Below the pieces are notes generated by a model that saw nothing but the letters and a program-made list of their open reading frames with translations, was not told the DNA's origin and did not search any database. A stretch of 58,638 nt of DNA, filler included, from Sphacelaria rigidula (lineage: Eukaryota), in assembly GCA_964200075.2 (NCBI GenBank). It is 10 parts of 10 records of this genome, joined end to end, with 100 filler letters (N's around TTAATTAATTAA, not from the genome) between each part and the next. Parts side by side here need not be neighbours in the genome. Positions count along the whole stretch, not along the records: positions 1 to 5,775 come from CAXNAA020024568.1; positions 5,876 to 11,649 come from CAXNAA020024569.1; 8 more parts are not named here. One strand, written 5' to 3'. This document shows, in pieces, positions 1 to 11,149 of the stretch. The position numbers and the translations under genes were made by a program. Within the stretch, counting starts at the first letter, position 1, and every line of letters starts with the position of its first letter.

Positions 1-79
1 AGGCCAGAAGAGCTGGGGAGTCCCTCAACAGCATTTAGACGCTGCAGTACTAGCAGACCTGCTAGCGTCACAGGTGCTT

Positions 80-1945
80 GTATGGGGCTGGTTTCTGAAA
101 CCAGGTAAGGCATGCCAGAGAGTGAAATCCTCCACGCCAGTCTACACTTCGCGCGAAGATCTGAACCCGAGCTCAAACCGTCGCACATGGTGCATTTCTT
201 CGTGGTTTCTGAAACCAGACCCCGCGTCAGCGAGTCGGTGTCCTATCGTTTCTGTACGCGTCAACACATGTGTCACGACTGACGATTGCCATGACGCCGG
301 CGGACTGGTTTCATACACCGGCGGTAACTCTTTGGTGTACAGCACGTTACCTTTGTATTGGGTTACGAAACGTCCCCCATTGAGGCGCCTGTATGGGGCT
401 GGTTTCTGAAACCAGGTAAGGCATGCCAGAGAGTGAAATCCTTCATGACGGTCAACACTTCGCGCGAAGATCCGAACCCGAGCTCAAACCGTCGCACATG
501 GTGCATTTCTTCGTGGTTTCTGAAACCAGACCCCGCGTAAGCGAGTCGGTGTCCTATCGTTTCTGTACGCGTCAACACATGTGTCACGACTGACGATTGC
601 CATGACGCCGGCGGACTGGTTTCATATACCGTTTGGCGTACAGCAAGTATCGTTTGTGTTGAGTTACGAAACCCCCTGGTTGAGGTTCTTGTATGTGACT
701 GGTTTCTGAAACCAGGTAAGGACTGATTCCGGGATAGCCCCACCACAAAAGTGCACGAGGGATCGTCCAAGAAACCGGCTGCGATCTTACTATTGGGTTA
801 GTTTGCAGCGATTTCGCCCACATGAGAGGCGTGTAGCAGTCCAAAATCAGCCAATATGCCCGAATGAGTCGCGTCGTGCAGCGCGAAACCAGCTCTAACG
901 TCAGTTATGATCATAGCCTCCGTGCACGTTTTCGGCCGGTTCGGGGGAGGGGCTATCTCGGCAGCAGTCTAAGGCATGCCAGAGAGTGAAATCCTCCACG
1001 ACAGTCTACACTTCGTGCGAAGATCTGAACCTGAGCTCAAACCGTCGCACATGGTGCATTTGTTCACGGTTTCTGAAACCAGACCCCGCGTAAGCGAGTC
1101 GGTGTCCTATCGTTTCCGTACGCGACAACACATGTGTCACGACTGACGATCGTCATGACGTCGGCGGACTGGTTTCACATATACCGTTTGGCGTACAGTA
1201 GGTAACGTTTGTGTTGAGTTACAATCCCCCTGCTTGAGGTTCTTGTATGGGGCTGGTTTCTGAAACCAGGTAAGGCATGCCAGAGAGTGAAATCCTTCAT
1301 GACAGTCTACACTTCGCGCGAAGATCTGAACCTGAGCTCATACCGTCGCACATGGTGCATTTCTTCGTGGTTTCTGAAACCAGACCCCGCGTCAGCGAGT
1401 CGGTGTCCTATCGTTTCCGTACGCGTCAACACATGTGTCACGACTGACGACTGCCATGACGCCGGCGGACTGGTTTCATATACCGGCGGTAACTCTTTGG
1501 TGTACAGCACGTTACCTTTGTATTGGGTTACGAAACGTCCCCCATTGAGGCGCCTGTATGGGGCTGGTTTCTGAAACCAGGTAAGGCATGCCAGAGAGTG
1601 AAATCCTCCATGACAGTCAACACTTCGCGCGAAGATCTGAACCCGAGCTCAAACCGTCGCACATGGTGCATTTCTTTCTGGTTTCTGAAACCAGACCCCG
1701 CGTAAGCGAGTCGGTGTCCTATCGTTTCCGTACGCGTCAACACATGTGTGTCACGACTGACGATTGCCATGACGCCGGCGGACTGGTTTCATATACCGTT
1801 TGGCGTACAGCAAGTATCGTTTGTGTTGAGTTACGAAACCCCCTGCTTGAGGTTCGTGTATGGGGCTGGTTTCTGAAACCAGGTAAGGCATGCCAGAGAG
1901 TGAAATCCTTCATGACAGTCAACACTTCGCGCGAAGATCTGAATC
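80..1945 (+). repeat. Tandem satellite array, ~300-311 bp monomers of two variant types (A, B)
   Basis: The motif GTATGGGGCTGGTTTCTGAAACCAGGTAAGGCATGCCAGAGAGTGAAATCC (or a close variant) restarts at 80, 391, 691, 1245, 1556 and 1858. A units (311 bp, ending ...CCCCATTGAGGCGCCT) start at 80 and 1245. B units (~300 bp, ending ...TTGAGGTTC) start at 391, 691 (interrupted) and 1556. Confidence 0.95.
721..969. mobile_element. 249-bp MITE inserted in a satellite monomer; ~21-bp TIRs, TAAG (or TAA) target-site duplication
   Basis: Left end GACTGATTCCGGGATAGCCCC matches the reverse complement of the right end, GACTGCTGCCGAGATAGCCCC, at 18/21. TAAG flanks it at 717-720 and 970-973. Neighbouring monomers show the empty site CAGGTAAGGCATG. 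Confidence 0.9.
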
Positions 1946-3396
1946 CCTGTTGATGCCACTGGTTGTTGCAACAACTATAATGCAGTAGCATCATGCCGTT
2001 CACGCGCGCGTGTATCAATCCGTCATGAAAATCCGATTGTTTTCCTCGATCCAGACGTCGAGCAATGGTATACGTACAACAAAGCGAAACGTTGTGGGTG
2101 ATCGTAATCTGATAGTCAACAGACACATCTTGGTAAATCTTGCCTTGGATAGTTCCTCCGCAGCTTGTCGTGTTCATTGTTTGCCTAGCCCTTTCGTGTG
2201 ACGTAGGTCGTGAACTTGAAAAGGTATCGCCGGGCGCTCTCGGTCAAACTGCGTCTCCATAGCCCGCCTTTACCCGTACATTTCTGCATCTGCAGGAAAA
2301 GGAGGGTGGGATAGAAAGATGGTGCGCATGATGATAGAGAACATCAGACGTCGCTCGCTACTAGCTGCCCATGTCGTTTTGTGGCCGGTATGAATATGCA
2401 TGCAGAGTACTCGTCGTGTCTGTGTTTGAGTGTTTTCATTCTTTCGCCCCTAATTGGAACATGCGTCATAATCAAGGCGCTTCTGGTTTGATGTCAAAAT
2501 GATATGGACGACGGCTTCCCATGCATCGATGGTTGGGGAGGTAGCCCAAGTCTATCGCGGTCTTGTGTTCACAATTGGTCGGCACCGCACGCAGAGAACT
2601 TCTTTCGGAGGACATTCCTCAAGAGAGTTGCTCATCTCTAGTGGACTCAGTCATGTGCTCACGTCCTACAGCCTTGATCGTTAGGTGATATCTTCCGCAA
2701 TTGTTTTTCTCGGCGTGGAATTTGAGACAAATGCGATGTTCCAGAAACGTGCCGTGTCATGGGTACGGCATCATGTTTACCCCTGCTGCACCACGCATGT
2801 ATTGTGCCGCCAACGGTAACTCGTCTAGCACTGCTCACGGCAAGACAAGACAATAATTTTCAATGTATTCTCACCTGTTGGCCCTCAACCCCTTCGCCGC
2901 GCGGGAGACGATCGTCCGGCGACCCGGGGGCACGTTCAAGGACAAGCTTAGGGTTCCCAAACCGATCATTTGTCGAGCAGGGCAAGATGTGGGCCATGAA
3001 GTCAGGTTTCCTTCCATCGCTGCTCGAGGCACGTGTTGCAACTTGTGAAGGGTTGACCTCCGGTTGTCCGTTTTACAGGTATGGAGACTGCGTCCTTACT
3101 TGCATTGATACGCTGTGACCGAGGACACCAGGCTTCGGGCAGACAACGGTAACTACCCGGCCGATGGCGAAACATCCTGTGGCGACCTCGTGTTCCCCTC
3201 CATTCGCGAGGAAGCTGTATCATTCCATATCTGCTTCAGGCGGTGTATCCGCTGCCCCATACTATTCGCTGGGCTGCAATAAGCGGAGCCAGGGAGGTCG
3301 GGTCTCTGACCTCATGCAGATGATGAATATCTGTAGTACTTGAGTCTGATGCGATATCATCCCACAGACTCTTATCTAAGCAAGCGTTTCGGCGTT

Positions 3397-3503
3397 TTAA
3401 CGCTGACCGCGAGGAGGGTAGTACACCTGGATCGCCAACACGTTTTTCAAGTGATATTGATGCCGATTCCGCAGGTTACCTACCGTCGCGGTCAAAGGGT
3501 CAA
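3397..3503. mobile_element. Degenerate ~107-bp piggyBac-like MITE, copy 1
   Basis: Starts TTAAC(G)CT-GACCGCG and ends CGCGGTCAAAGGGTCAA. It aligns end to end with the reverse complement of 3916-4023. Confidence 0.55.
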
Positions 3504-3915
3504 CAGCTGACAGGTTTCGAAATATCCGAATCTGCCATGCAATATATATGGTCATCGTAACTATCTCAACCGGCAATGATTGTCCGTTTGGTATGTACAG
3601 CAAGTTGTGCCGCAAGAAGCGTCCATACATGATTTCTCCGAGTAACCGTTCGCCAGGTCATTCATGCATCAATTACTTGCGCATACCGCACACGCTAACG
3701 GCGACGCTGTAACGATCTCGCGAGCGGGAGGAGGCCAGATGAATCGAGACGAAGATACGCTTGTGCGGTGAGCATAGGGCTGTCACGGCGCATGTCTGGC
3801 CATCCATAAGTTCTGTTAAATGCAGCGCAAGTGCTGTCAATAGCGCATCAGTAACCGTCACCATATCAAACAGCATAGCAAAGAGGTCTCTACAACATGC
3901 CATCCGGGTTGGGTA

Positions 3916-4023
3916 TTAACCCTTGAACGGCGAGAAGAGTGGGTCATGTGCTGAATCGTTGAAATTTCACTTGAAAACCCCATGCACGACTCAGGTAGAC
4001 TACCCTCGCGGTCCAAGGGTCAA
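3916..4023. mobile_element. Degenerate ~108-bp piggyBac-like MITE, copy 2 (inverted relative to copy 1)
   Basis: TTAACCCTTG...CAAGGGTCAA termini fit the piggyBac pattern TTAA-CCC...GGG-TTAA with one mismatch. The internal TTTTCAAGTGA and CGATTC blocks are shared with copy 1. Confidence 0.6.
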
Positions 4024-4491
4024 CAAACATATCTCAAACTCCAGATCCAAATCCCGATATATTCACCTGTAAATTACTATGAAATATGCCGGTAATCTCG
4101 ACTTCGACATGCCCCCAGTATCCGACAAATGATCGTGAATCAATGCTTCCGACATGCAGCGCACAAAACCTTCGTAAATAGACACAGTACAGCATTACAA
4201 TTCGAATTTCGGTGTTCAGACCGACTGTAATGCCAACGAATCTCGATTCTCTGGAGACCCCGACTTCTTAAACTGGGTGGGTTTTATATCTTACGAACTC
4301 AAAAATTGGCGGACCGTTATATTGTTCCACAGGTTTGTGAACTAGTTCCGAATACCGACGGTCATTTTCCGCATGAGTGTGGTACCGAGGGGCCCCATAT
4401 CGGGAAATCCATGCACCATCACCCCCTTCGCCGCGAAAACCGCATTCTGGGGTTGGAAGAGGGGGGGTTACCCGATAACATGGGGCAGGGA

Positions 4492-4590
4492 GGGGGGGGA
4501 GGGCGTACTCATTTGTTGCTTGCCTTAGTCGTTTGACCATTGGCCACGCATCCCTTTCGAGACGGAGCACCGTTCCTACTCCTAATAGAG
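4492..4590 (-). mobile_element. 5'-truncated LINE 3'-end fragment (same family as 46993-52765)
   Basis: GTTGCTTGCCTTAGTCGTTTGACCATTGGCCACGCAT...CGTTCCTACTCCTAATAG is nearly identical to 46993-47067. G-runs flank it on both sides. Confidence 0.85.
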
Positions 4591-5775
4591 GCGGGGGGGG
4601 GGGTACCCCCCTGATCGCTAGATGATGGCGATAGTAGTTGCTGTACTGCACCGCACGTGTTTGGCGGTAACGCCGGCCTGCGCCGGGTGTACCGAAACGG
4701 TAGGAGTTGGGGTAAGTCGCGGCAAGTAGAGAAGGACATGTCCGCACAAGCAGGGAGTGAAGATCAAAGCGCTTGGGGTACCGGCGCTGGAAATGTGCCG
4801 CAGATTCCAGAAGTGTTGCAAGGGATGAACATAACCTGGGCGCGGACGCCTGGCATCCAGGAGTTTGCATGCATGTGCCCTTGCGGGCATATAACTCGGG
4901 AACGGGGACCGCCTCCAACCTCCAACATGACGTTGACCAACACACCGATTCAGAGAACAACCGGTCCGACTTTATTCGAATACCTCCCTATTTTGTTGAT
5001 GAAATATTTCACGCGCGGATGGCGGGGAATATAATCAATATTTTTTACGGCGAGGCGGCGAATCGGGCGCTCTACCCCGTACAACACCAATGTTATTGGC
5101 AGACAATCCCTTTGCATGTTTTTGTTGGAAAATAATCGACCTAATATTAATATCACGTTAATTACATTTCATCATGCCGCTCCCTCGATATTGAATACTC
5201 TTTTTCACAACACCACGTCCATATCATTCGCATTTTCAACCTCTCCCTCTCTTGTGTCACAGTGCAGTATGAATTTCGATATGTAGATATACGCGTTGTA
5301 TGAACACGGCTGTCTGCCCAAACGCGGGCAAAGTACGTGATCATCTGCAACTCACTATAATATCAGAACATTTTCGTGTCGGCTGCTAACACCGCACAGT
5401 CAACTTTTTGCGTGTACATTTCAGTCATTCAGTAGCAGTACAGAACTGTTCGTCGTACACCGCCCTCCTCAGCATGGCGGTCGTATCACTGCGATAGTGC
5501 CAGGTCGGTAACAACCGGCCTTGCAAAAGCCAGCGGGAACCAATATTCCTTATCCAGTGATCGCCGCGACTCAAAAGTCATTTTCCAGCCGGCAAATTTG
5601 CTCCCCGATCGCCACAAGAACAACTGACAAACCAAAACTCCTCGGTTTTGGGTTGCTCACGTTGAGGCGAACCCGGAGATATCTGAACGATCGTTCAATT
5701 CCGTATTATTTATTATTCTTATTATATCCATCATATTAGCTCGATCCCTCGAACCCGTGGTCACAGAGTGCAAGG

Positions 5776-5875
5776 NNNNNNNNNNNNNNNNNNNNNNNNN
5801 NNNNNNNNNNNNNNNNNNNTTAATTAATTAANNNNNNNNNNNNNNNNNNNNNNNNNNNNNNNNNNNNNNNNNNNN
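5776..5875. other. Artificial scaffold-joining spacer (44 N + TTAATTAATTAA + 44 N), first of nine
   Basis: The same 100-bp spacer occurs at 5776-5875, 11650-11749, 17524-17623, 23398-23497, 29272-29371, 35146-35245, 41020-41119, 46893-46992 and 52766-52865. The 12-mer puts stop codons in all six frames. A separate 10-N gap lies inside a scaffold at 17011-17020. Confidence 0.98.
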
Positions 5876-8741
5876 GTGACTCGAGCCTGCGAGCCAATCA
5901 CAAGCATTTTTCACTACATAATCCACTACGAAGATCGCATTTAATTGGCGCTAGATCCCGCCGATTCCTCACTGGAGGGTTTATGATTTGTTGAATTTCA
6001 CATTTCACTACAAAAGTTTATCCCCATGTATGGGCGTTGTGCCTAAGACAGGGCCTTAGCGACCAAAAATTTGTGGGCAACAAATAGAAAAAGTAAACAC
6101 GCGGAGGGATATTGAAAACGTCACAGACTGGTCGGGGCTATGCCGAACCTCTGCCGAACAGAACACGCGCTCCATCCCAAGTTACCTAGGTTTAGCATGC
6201 GACAGCTGTAATTTGTTCATCGCGTCTTTCTCAAGCCAGGAAGCCAACCGGTCTGTGGCACTTCACAGCCCCCCGCACACACACTACTTAGATCTAGTCA
6301 GTGTAGCGTCGGATTTGCTCAATTCGCCACAGCGAACCCGGAAAGCCCCAGAGCGTTGAAGAAAACGCGTCTTCAGGTACATTTTGGCGGTTTGAAGAGT
6401 GCTGCGGCCTCTGTGGCACGCGTGACAAAACTCCGCCGCAACACTGGCTAGTTCTGGTGTGTGGGAATCGCACGCATCAAACCGAAGTGCAATTCTCTGC
6501 TTGGTTGGGGAGAAAACCGCATTGAAAGATCGACACGACAACATACTGCACCAAGAGGGGCACAACAACAACAGCAGCACGAGCAGCAGTTTTCATCCTC
6601 CTGTTGTTCTAACCCTGTATACGGGCGTACAGCAACGTCAGTGACAGCTTTGTTGTAGAATATTCTACAATGATAGTACATTTTGAATGAACGTGGTCGT
6701 CATTCCGAGGTGACGCGTGTACTTGTGGTTTATACTGATTGTCTCTTGTAGGTTTCATTTCCTCTGGATACAACTGAGTGTAGAGTTGGTCGGTCCATTT
6801 TCCCGATATACAGGGCCAAAATCGGGCCTCGTTCATGGGCATAACAGTGTCGTGCCAAAAGAAAAAAGAAAGATCGGGACAGAATCTGACCGCTAATCAC
6901 CACAGTGCGCATTGCTGCACCACATAGCAACATATATAGCGACGTGGGATTGTTGACTGTGGTTCGCGTGATATATGACCGAAGTTTCAGCGCCTTGCAG
7001 CGGCTACAGCGCACGTACGGCCGTCCCTCCCGAACCGAGCACCTCTACAGACTGCACGCCGATCGGTAGACTCAAGCTTATCAGTATCCAGAAAGGGTCG
7101 TAGTGCAGATCGGTATATTTTGGCTACCACATCGGCCGCCCAGCTGATCAAGATCTCGAAGTTAGTGTACCAGCGTATGCGTATATGCATTCGCCTGCAG
7201 TGCGAAGTCTGGGCTGCGGAAAAGCAGAGTTGAGGGCGTATCGACGGCATTCCCCGAAATCGCTGGTCGTCATGTTATCATTTGAGCTGGGCCGAATCTT
7301 GCCGCGGCTTTGTGCACATGCTTCCTGTCCTGTGTCTGACTTGGACTTCGCAGTCGCGGGCGAGAAATCGACAAGTAGAGTTGCTCTGGAACATGGGAAA
7401 ATACCGCAGCAAACTATCCACCTAAAAATGGGATGCGGGTACGCAGCATATCCCACACATCAGATGCGGTTACGCCGCGTATCACGCGTGGGGCAACATA
7501 TCTGTGGCATATCTGGACCTCTTCGGCAGCACAGTGTCGGTGGGAACGACAACTGTACAAGTTTCAGGAGGCGTAGCGAGTTAGGGTTCGGTACATGGCC
7601 CTCCGCTGCCAAAGGGTTTTAAATGGTGTCGACAACGCCCATCCAAGACAGGTGTATCATATCGCGCGCCAGCGTGGGTGTGTGGGATCCCAGGTTAAGC
7701 GGACCAACAACATGCTCTACCTCTGTCAGTTTTGCCGACATTTTTCCCTTTACCCTGGATTTTGTTCAACGTTTCCCCAAAGGAAGCGCGCCGAAGGATT
7801 GCCGAAGGTAAGTTTTTGTGGTCGCGCGTAAAAATTAACGATTGCTGGCTCGTAGGTGTGTAGCCCGTCGCCACCGCCACGGAGTGGACATCTCCGAAAT
7901 AGTATGGAATATCCTAAAAGAAAACTCCTCTGTGGACATGCTGAATTTAGTTGGGATATACACGCGTGCGCCGCGCCGGCGAATGTTTGCCGCAAAAGGA
8001 GTACTACCAAGAGGTGGCATGAACTGACACAACTGCTGCGTGTAATGTCGTGGCCGAGACACCTCAAGAGGGATGTAGCCCGCCAGCGAGGCCATACCAG
8101 TATCCATGTTACTTCTGCCGTGTTACCGGGGAAAATCGTTCCGAGCGTGCATTCTTCCGGAAAGTACTTCGTGTCCCGTCACTCACAAACATGAGGCCGA
8201 GCGAACACTCCCTGAAGCCTTCGCGGTACTCAAACAGCAGGGGGTTCACATCACCACAGCACCACATACGGGGTTTCATGCATTCGTGGACCATCGGACG
8301 GAATCCCAATCTGGGGTCGCCGGGGGAACATCATCGCTGTTGCCCCGCGGCAAAAATCAACTGTGAACCACGTTTCAGGCGGCAAAGGACTGACATTGTG
8401 AATATCTCTCCTCAGCATATCCGACCAAAACAGTAGCCGGACCATCGAAAGTGTTTCTTCTTTCACAGTATATACCGGGGCCTATCACCACGCCATCCTT
8501 CAAAGTACCCCCAACAACTTGCCATATATGCAAATCAAACAGCAAATCAACATCAAGGGCCGAGAGCACAATCGACCTCGCTGCGACATTGCTCCACAGC
8601 CGGCTATCGCTTGCATCGGGAATCGAGTTTCGCGGCTGCAAAACACGCCCACGAAAGCATCAACCGCCCGCCCCGCCATAATTGCAGCGCAACTGTACTT
8701 GGGGAGCGGTTCCCATGACGTGAATCGCCGTGAACTACATG

Positions 8742-9056
8742 TCTTCTTGTTTTGTCGCACTTCGAACCCCTCCTCTCCCTTGGGCTGAGTTCGTGGTTCC
8801 AAGGGATCAATCTATCTTTCCCTCGGTACACGCCTTGAATTTTGGTTTCGCGGATTGGGTCATGACTATCAGCACTGCCGCACCGCGTCAACTCACGTCA
8901 AACAAACTCTGTCGACTACTTTGTTTACTCACGTTCTCACGCTTTCCACGATGGAAATCAGATATTGCGAAGAAGAACCCATCGCATCGGGAATCGAGCC
9001 CTCGTTCTCTCTACCCTAATGGTGGCAATCGGACCATTACACCACCGGGGCGCGGC
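8742..9056 (-). mobile_element. tRNA-derived SINE (family 1), copy A
   Basis: Minus strand begins GCCGCGCCCCGGTGGTGTAATGG (A-box-like), then GGCTCGATTCCC (B-box-like), and ends AAGTGCGACAAAACAAGAAG. It is collinear with 24810-25139 in the opposite orientation. Confidence 0.85.
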
Positions 9057-11149
9057 ATGTACCATTACTAAATCTGCCGGGTACTTAGTCTTGCGTCATC
9101 CATAGCCTAGCCGGCCTCGTACTTCCTCGCCCACCTCGCCGACATCGGTACGCACGTGACAGGAAACATCAAACGCGCCGTGAACATCAAAGGTACAGGC
9201 GAAGTGTGGGACGAGCGTGAGTCAGCTTCCACCCCATGTCTCATGTGGTAATGCCTCGGGACAGGGTGGCGAGTGGGAGACAACCGTTTCACGGAGTGTT
9301 AGATGGATATGCGCCGTGACTCCCTCCAGATTGTGGAATGCATATCTTGTCAATGACGTTACCCCTGTAAGCATGAACAAACAGGCGAACGAAATCTGGG
9401 TTATCGTCGCCGGTACGCCACAAATAGGCTGATTCCGGGTACGAACCAGTGGGAGGGAATGTCAATTCGTCCGACTATAGTGTGCGCGGCCCTTCGTGCT
9501 GTTCCAAAGTCGAAAGCGCCAATCGTATTCGATTCTGAAAGCAGCAAGTTCCGATCGCCCGTGCTTGCCACCCAAAAAGACAAGTGGCACGCCGTCCAGC
9601 CTCTGCTTTGCGCTGCCTCCCCCCCGCTCCTCCCCCTTCTCGTAGCATCAATCTATCCATCAGTGGGCAACAGCACACAACAGGAAAATCACAATCAACT
9701 GTAACTACAGAAAATTGAGACTGTCTTCATTATATTTCTACCCTGGAAGGACTCTTGTCAACGACGGGATATTTTGAGTCCAACGACAGTTTTCGTGCCT
9801 CGTCATCATTCTATCGGGGTCCGCCCAAAATACATCCGGCGGTGAACATTGTTGGCCGGAAGTTCATCATCACAAACAGTGCACAGGGGGGCCGTTTGTG
9901 TGGTGCCGTACGCGGTCAACACGCCCGTTCTTTTAATCCTCCCTCCGTCCTATTGGTTCCGAACTATTCCCGAAGTTTCGGGCTAAAACAAACGGTGCGT
10001 CGAAGGTCCCCCCGGGGGGGCGGATGCAACCGAGATCGAGGATGACGGGCATGAACAACTAAGCACCAAGAGTGCAACCCGGCATCGGAACGCGACAGTA
10101 TGCAGACTCTGCAAACTCACCGCGTGTGAGTGCAACTACGGCACGTAGATAAGAATGTGTCGTGTTCCTGTATTTGCATAGAACCGGCGACGTCGTGCAA
10201 GCGAAGACCCCGCCAATATGTCAGAGCATTCTATCATTGGCTATCCAACGCGTCAGGGATAGCCTGAACGAAACTGAAGACGGGAATGTCCTAAGCCGAG
10301 TTTGGTTTTTAGTATTCCCTAAACATAGCAGCCTTTGAGTGATAGCGATCTACGCCCATATATGCAACCCCAATCGTAGTATGTATCATGTGCAGTGCCG
10401 ACTTTCCCCCCTCTTCTTCGTCGCACCACGTGTGTCCCTCGCCTACAATCGCGGGCCGGGGCATATCGGTATATCTCTAGCCTTAAAGTACTCGTGTTCG
10501 AACCCGACGACGGCAAATCATTACGTGTTGAGCTCATGCATTTTGTAACGGCCGCGGAACCGCCAAGTAAGAGAAGTAACGAAAACATATCTCCGACGTC
10601 ACGCTGTGGCCGCCAGATAGCAGATATGGACTCGACCTGGGATCCTACGTTGCGGGCAAACATGCCGCGGGGTGGACAGTAAAATATTTTGACACCTCCC
10701 CGGCAAGATGTCGCCTCTTCCTTGCCCTGCACGATGCCCCTGCGTAAGTAAAGTTCACATCACTTGTGCACAAGCGATAGCGACCGCCGTGTCGCGACAC
10801 TCTCACCTGCCATCGAAAGCTCCACCCGCTCCAGGACGGCATCCACTTTATCACGCGAAGTCAGCCAATTTCAGATGGTGCTCCAAAGCGTCTTGGTCAC
10901 CGTCCCCGTCCGAATTAGACCCGGGTATCCGACTAGATGCGTCAATCACATTCCGACTCCTCTGTACAACTCACCTACACCACGCTGTCGTTTGTCTCCC
11001 CCAAGTCCTTTTCACCCTCCACCCTGCCCACCAACCCTTCAGGGATGGCACATTCTTGTGCACCGATCGTCTCGCGATTCATCTTCCTCAATTCCTTTTA
11101 ATTCTCCACCCTGTTCACCAATCGTTCAGAGATAGCATGCTCTTGTGCA

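Noticed and set aside
80..1945. CRISPR-like array of palindromic repeats
   Set aside because: The sequence between palindromes is itself repeated and ~100 bp long, no cas genes are present, and the context is eukaryotic. It is a satellite.
74..1953. Repeated short ORFs in the satellite
   Set aside because: They are by-products of the repeat, with variable stops and no coding signature.
5820..5831. Regularly spaced TTAATTAATTAA motif every ~5.87 kb
   Set aside because: Always centred in N-runs; an assembly linker, not a biological periodicity.
6284..8700. Numerous 60-145 aa ORFs, including a Cys-containing frame at 7595-7810
   Set aside because: No recognisable domain or consistent exon chain; likely decayed TE or non-coding DNA.
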